Part shown: piece after piece, positions 1-9,672 of the stretch | Layout: every line of letters starts with the position of its first letter | Position numbering within the stretch: position 1 is the stretch's first letter | Assembly: GCA_050944355.1 (NCBI GenBank) | Contig: JBMNQX010000003.1 | Location: 29,136-61,135, forward strand | Source: Lachnospiraceae bacterium | Lineage (GTDB): Bacteria; Bacillota; Clostridia; Lachnospirales; Lachnospiraceae | Direction: 5' to 3' | DNA: 32,000 bases | Translations under genes and position numbers: made by a program | Notes under the pieces: generated by a model | The model's database searches: none | The model's input: only the letters and a program-made list of their open reading frames with translations | What the model was told of the DNA's origin: nothing

Positions 1-1
1 C

Positions 2-268
2 AAAATCCGGATTCGCCCGGACGGCAGCGCCGGCGGCCACAATGGCGTAAAGAGCGTGATTGCGCGTCTGGGGACGCAGGAGTTCCGGCGCGTCAGAGTC
101 GGCGTCGGAGCCAAGCCGGCCGGATGGGATCTCGCGGACTGGGTTCTGGCCCGGTTTTCGGCCGAAGACGAACGCCTGATGGAGGATTCCAGAAAACGGG
201 CAGCCGAGGCCGCTGTCTCGCTTCTTGACACAGACGTCGCGGCGGTCATGAACCGCTATAACGCGTGA
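2..268 (+). CDS. pth: peptidyl-tRNA hydrolase, C-terminal part (5' end outside window)
   Basis: The frame is open from the window edge (codon phase starts at nt 2) and reads KIRIRPDGSAGGHNGVKSVIARLGTQEFRRVRVGVG..., matching conserved Pth segments. Stop TGA at 266-268. It sits directly upstream of mfd, as in most Firmicutes. Confidence 0.9.
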   Translation, partial: KIRIRPDGSAGGHNGVKSVIARLGTQEFRRVRVGVGAKPAGWDLADWVLARFSAEDERLMEDSRKRAAEAAVSLLDTDVAAVMNRYNA

Positions 269-289
269 GGCCGGAAAGAGGAAAGAGTT

Positions 290-3200
290 GTGAGGAATGC
301 GTTTCTGAAACCTGTCGGTGAGATGACAGGTCTGAAAGATCTGCGTGAAATCTACCGGAAAGGGCCGGCCGCGGCTCTCGCTTCCGGCTGCATCGACACG
401 CAGAAATGTGAATTTGTCCATGCCGCTGCCGAAGATTTTCCGGTGCGGCTTTTTGTCACGTCCGGAGAGGTCAAAGCCCGCCGCTACGCGGAAGAGTGCC
501 GTGTGTACGGCTCAGAGGCCATCTACTATCCGGCGCGCGACATTCTGTTCTATGCGGCGGACACCCACGGAAAGCAGACGGAAGGCCAGCGCATCGCCTG
601 TATCGCAAAGATCATGGACAGCTTTTCCGGGCGCCGCAAAGATCCGCGCCCGCTGACGGTCGTCACGACCATCGACGCGCTTGCCGACATGCTCCCGCCG
701 CCCGATAAATTTGAGAAAGCGTCTTTGACGCTGAAAAAAGGACAGATCATTGAGCCGTCGGATCTCACAGATCTCCTTGTGACAAATGGCTACGAGCGCA
801 CCGCCATGGTCGAAGCTCCGGGTGAAATGGCCGTCAGAGGTGATATTCTGGATGTGTATCCGTTTACCGAGGAGACGCCTGTCAGAATCGAATTCTTCGA
901 CGACGAGGTCGAATCCATCCGGCTGTTTGACGTGCAGAGCCAGCGCTCGATTGAAATGCTTGAGGAAATCCGCATCTTTCCGGCAAAAGAGTGCCTGCTT
1001 GACGAGGATGAAATCGCGGCGGGAACGGCGCGCGTAAAAAAGGAATCTGAGGAAATTCAAAAACAGATTCAGGACAAAGGCGCGGGAAATCTTGACGACA
1101 AGGATCTGGAAAGAATCAATCATCTGAGACGTCTGGTCGATGAGATGGAAAGGACGGAAAATTATGCCCGCTTCTTCCCGATGTTTTCGGATAACCCCGG
1201 CTCACTGCTTGAGTTTTTTGATCCGGCGAAGACACTCGTGGCGCTCGACGACGCGGTGCGCCTGAAGGAGACCATGGACGGCGTCTACCGGGAATTCGAG
1301 GAGAGTGCGAAAGTGCGCCTGATAAGCGGCACAATGCTTTCCGGACAGATGGCTCTGCTTCGGACCTGGGGCGATATCGCAAAAGAACTTGCCGCTTACC
1401 GGTGCCTGATTCTGGCCACATTTGATTCTCAGCCGGAAGGATTCCGGGATCTCGTATACGTGCGGGCGGACGCCAGAAGCGTCAGCAATTACGGGAATTC
1501 GTTTGAAGACCTTAAACGGGATCTCGAAGGGTACATAAAACGCAAGTATACCTGTATCGTGGCCTGTGCGAGCCGGTCCCGTGCAGGGCGGCTCGCCGAC
1601 GATCTGGCGGAAGCCGGTCTTCCGGCCGTGTCCGGCGGCGCGGAAACGGATCCGATGCCCGGCAGAATTCTTGTGACATACGGAAATATCAGCGGCGGGT
1701 ATGAATATCCGATGCTGCGTTTTATCGTCATCGCGGAGAGCGACATATTCACAAGAAAGAAAGAACACCGCAGAAAAGCGGCCTCCACGGCAAATGGCGA
1801 GGCACTGACGTCATATCAGGACCTCTCCGTGGGCGACTACGTGGTCCACGAAGATTACGGAATCGGCATCTACAGGGGAATTGTCCGCATCAGCCTCGGC
1901 GGCACCGAAAAAGACTATGTAAAGATCGAGTACGCCAGGGGGGCGGCGGTGCAGGTCCCGGCCACCCAGCTGGACCGCGTGCAGAAATACACGGCCGCGG
2001 ACAGTGCCAGAAAGCCGAAAATCACGGATCTCGGGACGTCTGAGTGGAAACGGGCCAAGACGAGGGCCCGGATGTCGGCGGAAGCCGTGGCGGATGATCT
2101 CGTGAAGCTGTATGCGGAGCGGCTCACGAAAAAGGGATTTGCGTTCAGCCCGGACACGGAGTGGCAGCGGGAATTTGAAGAGATGTTCCCGTACGAAGAG
2201 ACGGGGGACCAGCTGCGCGCGATCGCGGATGTGAAGGCCGACATGGAGAGTCCGCGGATCATGGATCGTCTGATCTGCGGAGACGTCGGTTTCGGCAAGA
2301 CGGAAATCGCGCTGCGGGCGGCGTTCAAGGCCGTTCAGGACGGAAAACAGGTCGCCATGCTGGCGCCTACTACGATCCTGTGCGATCAGCACTACAACAC
2401 ATTTCTGCAGAGAATGGAACATTTCCCGGTGAAGATCGCTGAGCTTTCGAGCTTCCGCACACCGGCGCAGAACAAGGAGACGGTCAGGGCGCTGAAAGAC
2501 GGGAGAGTTGACATCGTCATCGGAACGCACCGGCTGCTCTCGAAAGACGTGGCTTTTAAGGATCTGGGGCTTCTGATCATCGACGAGGAGCAGCGTTTCG
2601 GCGTGCGGCAGAAGGAAAAGATCAAAAATCTGCGGTCCAATGTGGACGTGATCTCGCTCTCTGCGACGCCGATACCGCGTTCGCTGCACATGAGTCTGGC
2701 CGGAATCCGCGACATGAGCGTGCTCGAAGAGCCGCCGGTCGACCGGCTCCCGATTCAGACATTTGTCACGGCTCTGGACCCGGACATGATCCGGGACGCG
2801 ATCCGCCGGGAGATCGGACGAGGCGGACAGGTGTACTTCGTGCACAACCGGGTGAACAACATCATCGACGTGACCGATCAGGTGAGGGCGCTGGTCCCGG
2901 AAGCGAGCGTCGTGTATGCGCACGGGCAGATGGACAAGCGGCAGCTCGAGAAGATCATGGAAGATTTCGTGAACGGCGAGATCGACGTTCTGGTGTCCAC
3001 CACGATCATCGAGTCCGGCGTCGACATCGGCAACTGCAATACGATTATCATCGATGACGCCACGAAACTCGGCCTGTCGCAGCTGTATCAGCTGAGGGGC
3101 CGCGTGGGACGCACGAGCCGGACGTCGTACGCGTTTCTGTTCTACAGCCGGGACAAGATTGTGTCGGATCAGGCGGAGAAGCGCCTGAACGCGATGCGGG

Positions 3201-3856
3201 AGTTCTCGGATCTGGGGAGCGGATACCGCCTGGCCATGAAGGATCTGGAAATCCGGGGCGCCGGCGACGTGCTGGGCACGATGCAGCACGGCATGACGGA
3301 GGCCATTGGGTACGATCTGTACTGCAAGATGCTGAACACGGCCGTTGCCCGCCTGAAGGGCGAGAAGATCCCGTACGAGTTCGAGACGCGTCTGGCGCTG
3401 CCGGTGGATGCGTACATGCCGGAAAATTATATCCGCACCGAGGCGGAGAAGCTGACGATGTACAAGCGGATAGCGCGGCTTTCGGATATGACGGAGCTCT
3501 CGAATCTGGAGGACGAGCTGACGGACCGCTACGGACCGGTGCCCTCTCCGGCCCATCAGCTGCTGCTGTCGGCTCTCGTCAAGGCGAAGGCACACGCCAT
3601 CGGGGCCTGCGAGGTGAGAGGCAAGAGAGACGGACAGTTCTGGATCACACAGCTCACCTTTACGCCGCAGACGACGCCGGACACGGTGAAGGCGCAGAAA
3701 GCGGCCGGCGAGTTCGGGGGATCCCTTCTCTTCGCGCCGGGAAAAGACGGCGGCATTTTCGTGTGGAGAGTTTCGGAGAGTAAAGCGGCAAATGTGCAGG
3801 AATATCTCGAGAGCGTTATTGCGATGATCGAGCGCCTGAACCCGCTCCTGGCCTGA
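290..3856 (+). CDS. mfd: transcription-repair coupling factor Mfd
   Basis: 1188-aa ORF with a GTG start preceded by GGAAAGAGGAAAGAG. It has a CarD/TRCF-type segment (GDYVVHEDYGIGIY), SF2 helicase motifs GDVGFGKTE (Walker A) and DEEQRFG (motif II), and RGRVGR. pth-mfd synteny supports the call. Confidence 0.95.
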   Translation: MRNAFLKPVGEMTGLKDLREIYRKGPAAALASGCIDTQKCEFVHAAAEDFPVRLFVTSGEVKARRYAEECRVYGSEAIYYPARDILFYAADTHGKQTEGQRIACIAKIMDSFSGRRKDPRPLTVVTTIDALADMLPPPDKFEKASLTLKKGQIIEPSDLTDLLVTNGYERTAMVEAPGEMAVRGDILDVYPFTEETPVRIEFFDDEVESIRLFDVQSQRSIEMLEEIRIFPAKECLLDEDEIAAGTARVKKESEEIQKQIQDKGAGNLDDKDLERINHLRRLVDEMERTENYARFFPMFSDNPGSLLEFFDPAKTLVALDDAVRLKETMDGVYREFEESAKVRLISGTMLSGQMALLRTWGDIAKELAAYRCLILATFDSQPEGFRDLVYVRADARSVSNYGNSFEDLKRDLEGYIKRKYTCIVACASRSRAGRLADDLAEAGLPAVSGGAETDPMPGRILVTYGNISGGYEYPMLRFIVIAESDIFTRKKEHRRKAASTANGEALTSYQDLSVGDYVVHEDYGIGIYRGIVRISLGGTEKDYVKIEYARGAAVQVPATQLDRVQKYTAADSARKPKITDLGTSEWKRAKTRARMSAEAVADDLVKLYAERLTKKGFAFSPDTEWQREFEEMFPYEETGDQLRAIADVKADMESPRIMDRLICGDVGFGKTEIALRAAFKAVQDGKQVAMLAPTTILCDQHYNTFLQRMEHFPVKIAELSSFRTPAQNKETVRALKDGRVDIVIGTHRLLSKDVAFKDLGLLIIDEEQRFGVRQKEKIKNLRSNVDVISLSATPIPRSLHMSLAGIRDMSVLEEPPVDRLPIQTFVTALDPDMIRDAIRREIGRGGQVYFVHNRVNNIIDVTDQVRALVPEASVVYAHGQMDKRQLEKIMEDFVNGEIDVLVSTTIIESGVDIGNCNTIIIDDATKLGLSQLYQLRGRVGRTSRTSYAFLFYSRDKIVSDQAEKRLNAMREFSDLGSGYRLAMKDLEIRGAGDVLGTMQHGMTEAIGYDLYCKMLNTAVARLKGEKIPYEFETRLALPVDAYMPENYIRTEAEKLTMYKRIARLSDMTELSNLEDELTDRYGPVPSPAHQLLLSALVKAKAHAIGACEVRGKRDGQFWITQLTFTPQTTPDTVKAQKAAGEFGGSLLFAPGKDGGIFVWRVSESKAANVQEYLESVIAMIERLNPLLA

Positions 3857-3864
3857 TGCGGGCG

Positions 3865-3893
3865 TTGACTAATTCCGATGCGGATACTATAAT
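3865..3893 (+). promoter_or_regulatory. sigma-70/SigA-type promoter for ilvE
   Basis: TTGACT (3865-3870), a 17-nt spacer, then TATAAT (3888-3893), located 89 nt upstream of the ilvE ATG. Confidence 0.6.
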
Positions 3894-3981
3894 TTAGCCT
3901 AATCCGCAGTGGTTTTATTCCACTGGACAAAGGCCGGAAAGTTCCGCCACCGGATACTATTAGGAAAGGAAGAACGGCAGA

Positions 3982-5013
3982 ATGGAAAAAAAGAATCTGG
4001 ACTGGGCGAATCTGGGCTTCGCTTATATGAAGACAGACAAGCGCTATGTCGCCAACTACAAGAACGGCGCATGGGATGAGGGCGGTCTCACAGACGACGC
4101 GATGATCACGATGAGCGAGGACGCCGGCGTACTTCAGTATTCACAGTCTGTATTCGAAGGACTGAAGGCGTACACAACAAAGGACGGCCGTACTGTTACA
4201 TTCAGACCGGACCTGAACGCAGAGAGAATGTACAACTCGGCACAGCGGCTTGAGATTCCGCCGTTCCCGAAGGACAGGTTTGTAAAAGCGGTGCTCGAGG
4301 TCGTAAAGGCCAATGAAGCATGGGTTCCGCCGTATGGTTCCGGCGCCACACTGTATCTCCGTCCTTACGTATTCGGCATCAGCCCTGTCATCGGCGTAAA
4401 GCCGGCTGACGAGTATCAGTTCCGCATTTTTGCGACTCCGGTAGGCCCGTATTTCAAGGGCGGCGCAAAGCCGATCCGCGTGAAGATTTCGGATTTCGAC
4501 CGCGCGGCTCCGAGAGGCACCGGCAACATCAAGGCCGGACTGAACTATGCGATGAGCCTGCATGCCATCGTGCTTGCTCACAAGGAAGGCTTTGCGGAGA
4601 ACATCTATCTGGATCCGGCAACGCGCACGTACATCGAAGAGACCGGCGGCGCCAACATCCTCTTTGCCGATCATGACGGCAATCTGGTTGTTCCGAAGTC
4701 CGACAGCATTCTGCCGTCTGTCACAAGAAGAAGCCTTGAGTATGTCGCAGAGCATTATCTGGGCATGAAGGTCGACGAGAGAAAAGTAAAGCTTTCGGAA
4801 GTGTTCGACGGAGAGTTCACCGAGTGCGGACTCTGCGGAACCGCGGCGGTTATTTCCCCGATCGGTCAGATCAACGACCACGGCAGGGAGTACACGTTCG
4901 AGAGCGGCATGGAAGAGATGGGGCCTGTCATGGGCAAGCTCAGATCCACGCTCCTCGGCATCCAGGAAGGTGAAATTGAGGCACCGGAAGGCTGGATTTA
5001 CGAAGTAAAATAA
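3982..5013 (+). CDS. ilvE: branched-chain amino acid aminotransferase (fold-type IV, long form)
   Basis: 343-aa ORF with RBS AGGAAAGGAAG. It carries BCAT-type motifs QSVFEGLKAY, LYLRPYVFG, GTGNIKAGLNYAMSL (PLP Lys region) and ETGGANI. Confidence 0.9.
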   Translation: MEKKNLDWANLGFAYMKTDKRYVANYKNGAWDEGGLTDDAMITMSEDAGVLQYSQSVFEGLKAYTTKDGRTVTFRPDLNAERMYNSAQRLEIPPFPKDRFVKAVLEVVKANEAWVPPYGSGATLYLRPYVFGISPVIGVKPADEYQFRIFATPVGPYFKGGAKPIRVKISDFDRAAPRGTGNIKAGLNYAMSLHAIVLAHKEGFAENIYLDPATRTYIEETGGANILFADHDGNLVVPKSDSILPSVTRRSLEYVAEHYLGMKVDERKVKLSEVFDGEFTECGLCGTAAVISPIGQINDHGREYTFESGMEEMGPVMGKLRSTLLGIQEGEIEAPEGWIYEVK

Positions 5014-5040
5014 TACACACGAAATAATGGCTTGTAAGCT

Positions 5041-5079
5041 GCCGCATCCGGGTGTGAAACACCGGATGCGGCTTTTTTG
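5041..5079 (+). terminator. rho-independent terminator after ilvE
   Basis: GCCGCATCCGGGTG / CACCGGATGCGGC forms a stem of about 13 bp with one bulge, followed by TTTTTT (5073-5078). Confidence 0.8.
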
Positions 5080-5251
5080 TGCGAAGACCCCGGAAGCGCC
5101 GCGCCTGCCGGCCGCAGACACGTTTCCCGCGCATGGAATTTATCACAGTGATATGGTAGTATGGTGAATAACGATCAGAGACATCATTTGTCATGGGGAA
5201 AACTGATCAATTTTACTGCTCTCTCATGTGCGGGGAGCTGAAAGAGGAAGT

Positions 5252-6784
5252 ATGAGACTGAAATACAGAAAATGGACGGTTCCGCTGCTCCTGCTTTTTA
5301 TGGCGGCGGCGCTGATCACGCCGGCACTCAGAACGCAGGCTGACAGCAGCACGGACAACGACGACAACACGTTTATCGTCGGTTTCGACGCGGAATTCCC
5401 GCCGTACGGATATAAGGATGAAAACGGCGAATACGTGGGGTTTGATCTGTCGCTCGCACAGGAGGTGTGCGAGCGGAACGGTTGGACACTGATCAAGCAG
5501 CCAATTGACTGGAACTCGAAGGACATGGAGCTGAATTCCGGTTCGATTGACTGTATCTGGAACGGTTTCACCATGGACGGACGGGAAGACGAGTACACAT
5601 GGTCGAGCGCGTACATCGACAATTCCCAGGTCGTGGCGGTCAGAAGCGACTCTTCGATCAATTCGCTCGATGATCTCGCCGGCAAGACCGTCATCGTTCA
5701 GCAGGATTCTTCCGCCCTGGCCGCGTTCACCGGGGATGACGCGACGGAGGAGAACAAGGCTCTGGCCGCGTCGTTTGCGGAGCTGCAGCAGGTCAGCGAC
5801 TACAACAGCGCGTTCATGAACCTGGAATCCGGCGTCGCGGACGCGGTGTGCCTGGACATCGGCGTGGCCAACTATCAGCTCGCCAACAGCGGCGGCAAGT
5901 TCCGCCTGCTCTCGGAACAGGTTTCAAGTGAACACTACGGCATCGGCTTCAAAAAGGGCAACACGGAGCTGCGCGACAAAGTCCAGGCGACGCTCAACGA
6001 GATGCTCTCGGACGGAACCTTTGCGGAAATTGCGGAAGAATGGGGACTGTCGGATGCCGTGTGCCTCGGCGAGGAGGGCGCTGACGCCGTGATGCGCTCA
6101 GAGACGTCGGGCAGCAGCAGCGGTTTCACATTCGCGGATTTCCTTGACATCATGGGGCAGCTCCTGCAGGGCTTCGGGGCGACGCTGACGATTTTCTTCC
6201 TCACACTGATTTTTTCCCTGCCTCTCGGTCTGCTCGTTACATTCATGCGCATGTCGCGCCATGCGGTACCGCACTGGATCGCGCGCGTGTTCATCTCGAT
6301 TCTGCGGGGCACGCCGCTGATGCTCCAGCTGCTCGTCGTGTTCTTCGGACCGTACTATGTGTTTCGGATCAGCCTGTCAAATGCCTGGCGGTTCTGGGCC
6401 GTGATCATCGGTTTCTCGATCAACTACGCGGCGTATTTCGCCGAAATTTTCCGCGCCGGCATCGAAGGCGTCCCGAGAGGGCAGCGGGAAGCGGCTCAGG
6501 TTCTGGGCTACACGAAGCGCCAGACGTTCACCCGCATCATATTCCCGCAGATGGTCAGACGGGTTATGCCGCCGGTGACGAACGAAGTCATCACGCTGGT
6601 CAAGGATACTTCCCTTGCTTTTGCCCTGGCCTATACCGAGATGTTCACGCTCGCCAAGCAGATCGCGGCGACGCGCTCGAACATCCTGCCTCTGTTTGCG
6701 GCCGGCCTGTTCTACTACATATTCAACTTCCTCGTTGAATTTGTGATGGGACGCATCGAAAAGAAACTCAATTACTTCGAGTGA
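5252..6784 (+). CDS. amino-acid ABC transporter, fused substrate-binding domain + permease
   Basis: I chose ATG 5252 rather than the track GTG 5228 because it gives a classic signal/anchor peptide (MRLKYRKWTVPLLLLFMAAALITPALRTQA) after AAAGAGGAAG. The N-terminal half resembles a family-3 solute-binding protein (FIVGFDAEFPPYGY..., IDCIWNGFT). The C-terminal half is a polar-amino-acid permease with the EAA loop (REAAQVLGYTKRQTFTRIIFPQ). Confidence 0.85.
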   Translation: MRLKYRKWTVPLLLLFMAAALITPALRTQADSSTDNDDNTFIVGFDAEFPPYGYKDENGEYVGFDLSLAQEVCERNGWTLIKQPIDWNSKDMELNSGSIDCIWNGFTMDGREDEYTWSSAYIDNSQVVAVRSDSSINSLDDLAGKTVIVQQDSSALAAFTGDDATEENKALAASFAELQQVSDYNSAFMNLESGVADAVCLDIGVANYQLANSGGKFRLLSEQVSSEHYGIGFKKGNTELRDKVQATLNEMLSDGTFAEIAEEWGLSDAVCLGEEGADAVMRSETSGSSSGFTFADFLDIMGQLLQGFGATLTIFFLTLIFSLPLGLLVTFMRMSRHAVPHWIARVFISILRGTPLMLQLLVVFFGPYYVFRISLSNAWRFWAVIIGFSINYAAYFAEIFRAGIEGVPRGQREAAQVLGYTKRQTFTRIIFPQMVRRVMPPVTNEVITLVKDTSLAFALAYTEMFTLAKQIAATRSNILPLFAAGLFYYIFNFLVEFVMGRIEKKLNYFE

Positions 6785-6799
6785 TAAGGAGAGCAGAAA

Positions 6800-7558
6800 A
6801 TGTCAGTATTATCGATCAGTCATCTGAAAAAACAGTTCGACGGAAAAGTCGTGCTCTCCGATATTTCCCTTGACGTAGAGCAGGGCGAAGTCGTGGTCAT
6901 CATCGGCCCTTCAGGGTCCGGAAAATCGACCCTGCTGCGCTGCGCCACGTTCCTGGAGACCATGGACTACGGCAGCCTTTCCTACAACGGAGTCAGCGCC
7001 ATGACAAATGCGCCCGGCGAGCCCTGTGTCTATAAATCGGAGGATGAGCTGCGAAAACTCAAGAGCAATTTCGGACTTGTGTTCCAGGATTTCAATCTGT
7101 TTCCTCACTTTACGGTCATGCAGAATATCTGCGACGCGCCGATTCACGTGCAGAAGCGCGACCCGGAAGAAGTAAAGAAGCAGGCCCAGTCGCTGCTGGA
7201 AAAGGTGGGACTTGCCGATCGCGGCGGCGCATATCCGGGGCAGCTCTCCGGAGGGCAGAAACAGCGCGTCGCCATCGCGAGGGCGTTGTGCATGAACCCG
7301 AAGATGCTGTTTTTTGACGAGCCGACTTCGGCGCTCGACCCGGAGATCACGGCCGGAATTCTGCGCGTCATGAGACAGCTCGCCGCCGAACACATGACCA
7401 TGGTTGTCGTCACCCATGAAATCGACTTTGCCCGCCGGGTGGCGGACCGCGTGATTTTCATGGACGGCGGCGTGATCGTGGAAGAGGGCAGGCCGGAGGA
7501 TGTCATCGACAACCCGAAGAACGCCCGCACCCAGGCATTCCTTCGAAAGCTGTCGTGA
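6800..7558 (+). CDS. amino-acid ABC transporter ATP-binding protein (GlnQ/ArtP-like)
   Basis: 252 aa with Walker [10 protein letters not shown], signature [15 protein letters not shown] and Walker [21 protein letters not shown] lies upstream, and the gene starts 15 nt after the permease. Confidence 0.92.
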   Translation: MSVLSISHLKKQFDGKVVLSDISLDVEQGEVVVIIGPSGSGKSTLLRCATFLETMDYGSLSYNGVSAMTNAPGEPCVYKSEDELRKLKSNFGLVFQDFNLFPHFTVMQNICDAPIHVQKRDPEEVKKQAQSLLEKVGLADRGGAYPGQLSGGQKQRVAIARALCMNPKMLFFDEPTSALDPEITAGILRVMRQLAAEHMTMVVVTHEIDFARRVADRVIFMDGGVIVEEGRPEDVIDNPKNARTQAFLRKLS

Positions 7559-7586
7559 CTTAAGAAGAATTTTGGGAGGCATAGAC

Positions 7587-8564
7587 ATGAAGCTTTTTGT
7601 TTACAGCATGCGGCCATATGATGAGGCGGCCATTTTCAAAAGACTCAGCGGAAAATACAATCTGGAAATTTCGTCAACAGAGCAGACACCGTGCCTGGAA
7701 AATGTTAAAATGGCAACAGGATATGATGTTGTGGACATTATCACGACACCGATGACGGAAGAGATCCTGAGTGCTTTCAAGGCTGTCGGCGTGAAGTGTA
7801 TCGCGACCCGCACAATCGGGTTTGACCACATCGATCTTGATGCCGCGAGAAAGCTGGGTCTCGGCGTGGTTCATGTGACATATTCTCCTTCTACCGTCGC
7901 GGATTACGCGATTATGATGATGCTGATCGGCCTGCGCAAAATACCATTTATCATGCAGAAAGCGCAGGCACAGGATTTTACGCTCAACGGGAGCATCGGC
8001 CGTGAAATCGAGGACTGCACGGTAGGCGTGATCGGAACCGGCCGGATCGGAAAGACGGTCATCCGGCATCTGTCGGGCTTTGGCTGCCGGATTCTGGCTT
8101 ACGACGTATACCCGGACGAGAAGCTGGGTGTGAAGTACGTGAGCCTCGATGAGCTGCTGCGGGAAAGCGACGTGATCACCCTGCACGCGCCCGGCATGGA
8201 CGAGACATTTCACATGATCGGCGAAAAACAGTTTGCCGAGATGAAAGACGGTGTTGTTCTGATCAACTGCGCGAGGGGGTCGCTTGTGGATTCTGACGCC
8301 CTGCTTGGTGCGCTCGACTCGGGAAAAGTCGGGTTTGCCGGTCTTGATGTCGTGGAAAATGAGGCGGGACTCTATTATTTCAACCGCATGGGCGAGCCGC
8401 TGAAGAACCCTGAGCTGGCTCTGCTGAAATCGTATCCGAATGTTCTGGTGACTCCGCATACGGCTTTCTACACGGAGAGGGCCGTGTCAGATATGGCGGA
8501 AAATTCCATCGTGGCTGCGCTCGATTACATACAGGGAAAGGAGAATCCTTTTATTGTGAGCTGA
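7587..8564 (+). CDS. D-isomer-specific 2-hydroxyacid dehydrogenase (D-lactate dehydrogenase-like)
   Basis: Start moved to ATG 7587 (MKLFVYSMRPYDE...), which follows GGGAGG at 7574-7579; the track start 7500 overlaps the ATPase gene. NAD motif GVIGTGRIGKTV is present, and the catalytic His region VTPHTAFYT is typical of LdhA/D-2-HADH. Confidence 0.85.
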   Translation: MKLFVYSMRPYDEAAIFKRLSGKYNLEISSTEQTPCLENVKMATGYDVVDIITTPMTEEILSAFKAVGVKCIATRTIGFDHIDLDAARKLGLGVVHVTYSPSTVADYAIMMMLIGLRKIPFIMQKAQAQDFTLNGSIGREIEDCTVGVIGTGRIGKTVIRHLSGFGCRILAYDVYPDEKLGVKYVSLDELLRESDVITLHAPGMDETFHMIGEKQFAEMKDGVVLINCARGSLVDSDALLGALDSGKVGFAGLDVVENEAGLYYFNRMGEPLKNPELALLKSYPNVLVTPHTAFYTERAVSDMAENSIVAALDYIQGKENPFIVS

Positions 8565-8648
8565 GAGCGCCGGGCGGAGAAAACCGGACGAATACTTTAC
8601 GGGCACAGAGCGTGCCGGACAAATAAAAAGAAAGGAGAGCTTTTAGAG

Positions 8649-9668
8649 TTGACGGACAAGGGCAGAACAGGAATCCGGGATGTTGCCGAAGCAGCCGGTG
8701 TGTCGCTTTCGTCGGTCTCCCGGTATCTCAACAACGGGTATGTGAGTGAGGAAAAACGGGAAAAGATCCGCAAAGCGATTGAAGAGACCGGGTACGCCGC
8801 ACAGAAGCCGGAACCTGTCAGCCACGGAAGAAAGACCGGGCTGATCGGAGTGATTATTCCGAGACTTCGCTCGGAGACGATTGCGAGCGTCGTGGATGGC
8901 ATTCAGTCGGTTCTCGGAGACAACGGCTACCAGATGCTTCTGACGTGCACCGAGGGCGATGAGGCGCGCGAGGTGAGCTATATCGGTCTTTTCGGGTCCT
9001 ATCCGGTCGACGGAATCATACTGTCCGGAACGGTTCTGACAAAAATGCATCGTATTGCGATGAAAAAGACAAAAATTCCCATCGTCACGGTGGGACAGCA
9101 TTTTGACAACATGTGGTGCGTGTATCACGATGACGTGGAGGCCGGAAGACTTCTGACGGACGATCTGATTCAGGCGGGATGCAGGAAGCCTGCCATGCTG
9201 GCGGTCCGTCAGGATGATATCTCGGCCGGCGCCGACAGACTGAAGGGATACAAAGAGGCGCTTTCTGCCTCCGGTATGAAGTTCAATTCCTCCTATGTGC
9301 GCGAGGTGCCATTTACCACGGAGGGCGGATACATAGCCACGGGCGAACTGATGGTGGAGCATCCGGACATCGACGGATTTTTCTGTGCGACGGATTCGAT
9401 TGCCATCGGCGCCATGCAGAAGCTTGAGGAGATGGGATTCAATATACCGCGCGACGTGAAGGTCTGCGGCGTGGGGCACAGCCGCCTGAGCCGCGTGGTA
9501 AAGCCAAAACTCACGACCGCTCATCTGTTTTACGGGAGGAGCGGTTCCGAGGCTGCCAGAATGCTGCTTTCGCTTATTGACGGGAAAATACCCGAAGAAA
9601 AACAGATCCGGCTGCCGGTAGAACTGGTGAAAGGACAGACAACGGCCGCTGGTCAGGAGGACAGGTAA
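8649..9668 (+). CDS. scrR: LacI-family transcriptional repressor (sucrose operon regulator-like)
   Basis: TTG start after AAAGGAGAG. It has an N-terminal HTH ([20 protein letters not shown]) and a periplasmic-binding-protein-like sugar-binding core. It ends 4 nt before the scrA ATG. The symbol is assigned from context. Confidence 0.8.
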   Translation: MTDKGRTGIRDVAEAAGVSLSSVSRYLNNGYVSEEKREKIRKAIEETGYAAQKPEPVSHGRKTGLIGVIIPRLRSETIASVVDGIQSVLGDNGYQMLLTCTEGDEAREVSYIGLFGSYPVDGIILSGTVLTKMHRIAMKKTKIPIVTVGQHFDNMWCVYHDDVEAGRLLTDDLIQAGCRKPAMLAVRQDDISAGADRLKGYKEALSASGMKFNSSYVREVPFTTEGGYIATGELMVEHPDIDGFFCATDSIAIGAMQKLEEMGFNIPRDVKVCGVGHSRLSRVVKPKLTTAHLFYGRSGSEAARMLLSLIDGKIPEEKQIRLPVELVKGQTTAAGQEDR

Positions 9669-9672
9669 CAGT

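Noticed and set aside
1811-3595. A 594-aa ORF on the minus strand opposite mfd, plus similar long antisense ORFs at 4141-5121(-), 8643-9524(-), 12113-13546(-), 20385-21659(-) and 25589-26410(-).
   Set aside because: These are shadow ORFs typical of GC-rich genomes. Their translations are R/H/P/L/V-rich low complexity with no motifs or RBS, and each lies entirely opposite a well-supported conserved gene.
3894-3981. A T-box or riboswitch leader upstream of ilvE, and likewise at 5080-5251 upstream of the ABC transporter.
   Set aside because: The leaders are too short (about 90 and 170 nt). I cannot find T-box, SAM, lysine, glycine or glutamine-riboswitch core motifs, or a terminator/antiterminator pair; only small generic hairpins are present.
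5033-5046. A cre-like sequence, TGTAAGCTGCCGCA, near the ilvE 3' end.
   Set aside because: It has three mismatches to the cre consensus at constrained positions, and it forms part of the ilvE terminator stem.
5228-5251. Upstream-extended track starts: 5228 (ABC fusion), 7500 (dehydrogenase), 12938 (ThyX-like), 22847 (PurM-like) and 25580 (hypothetical).
   Set aside because: The extensions overlap the preceding genes or lack an RBS. Internal ATGs at 5252, 7587, 12989, 22955 and 25616/25622 follow Shine-Dalgarno sequences and give native-looking N-termini.
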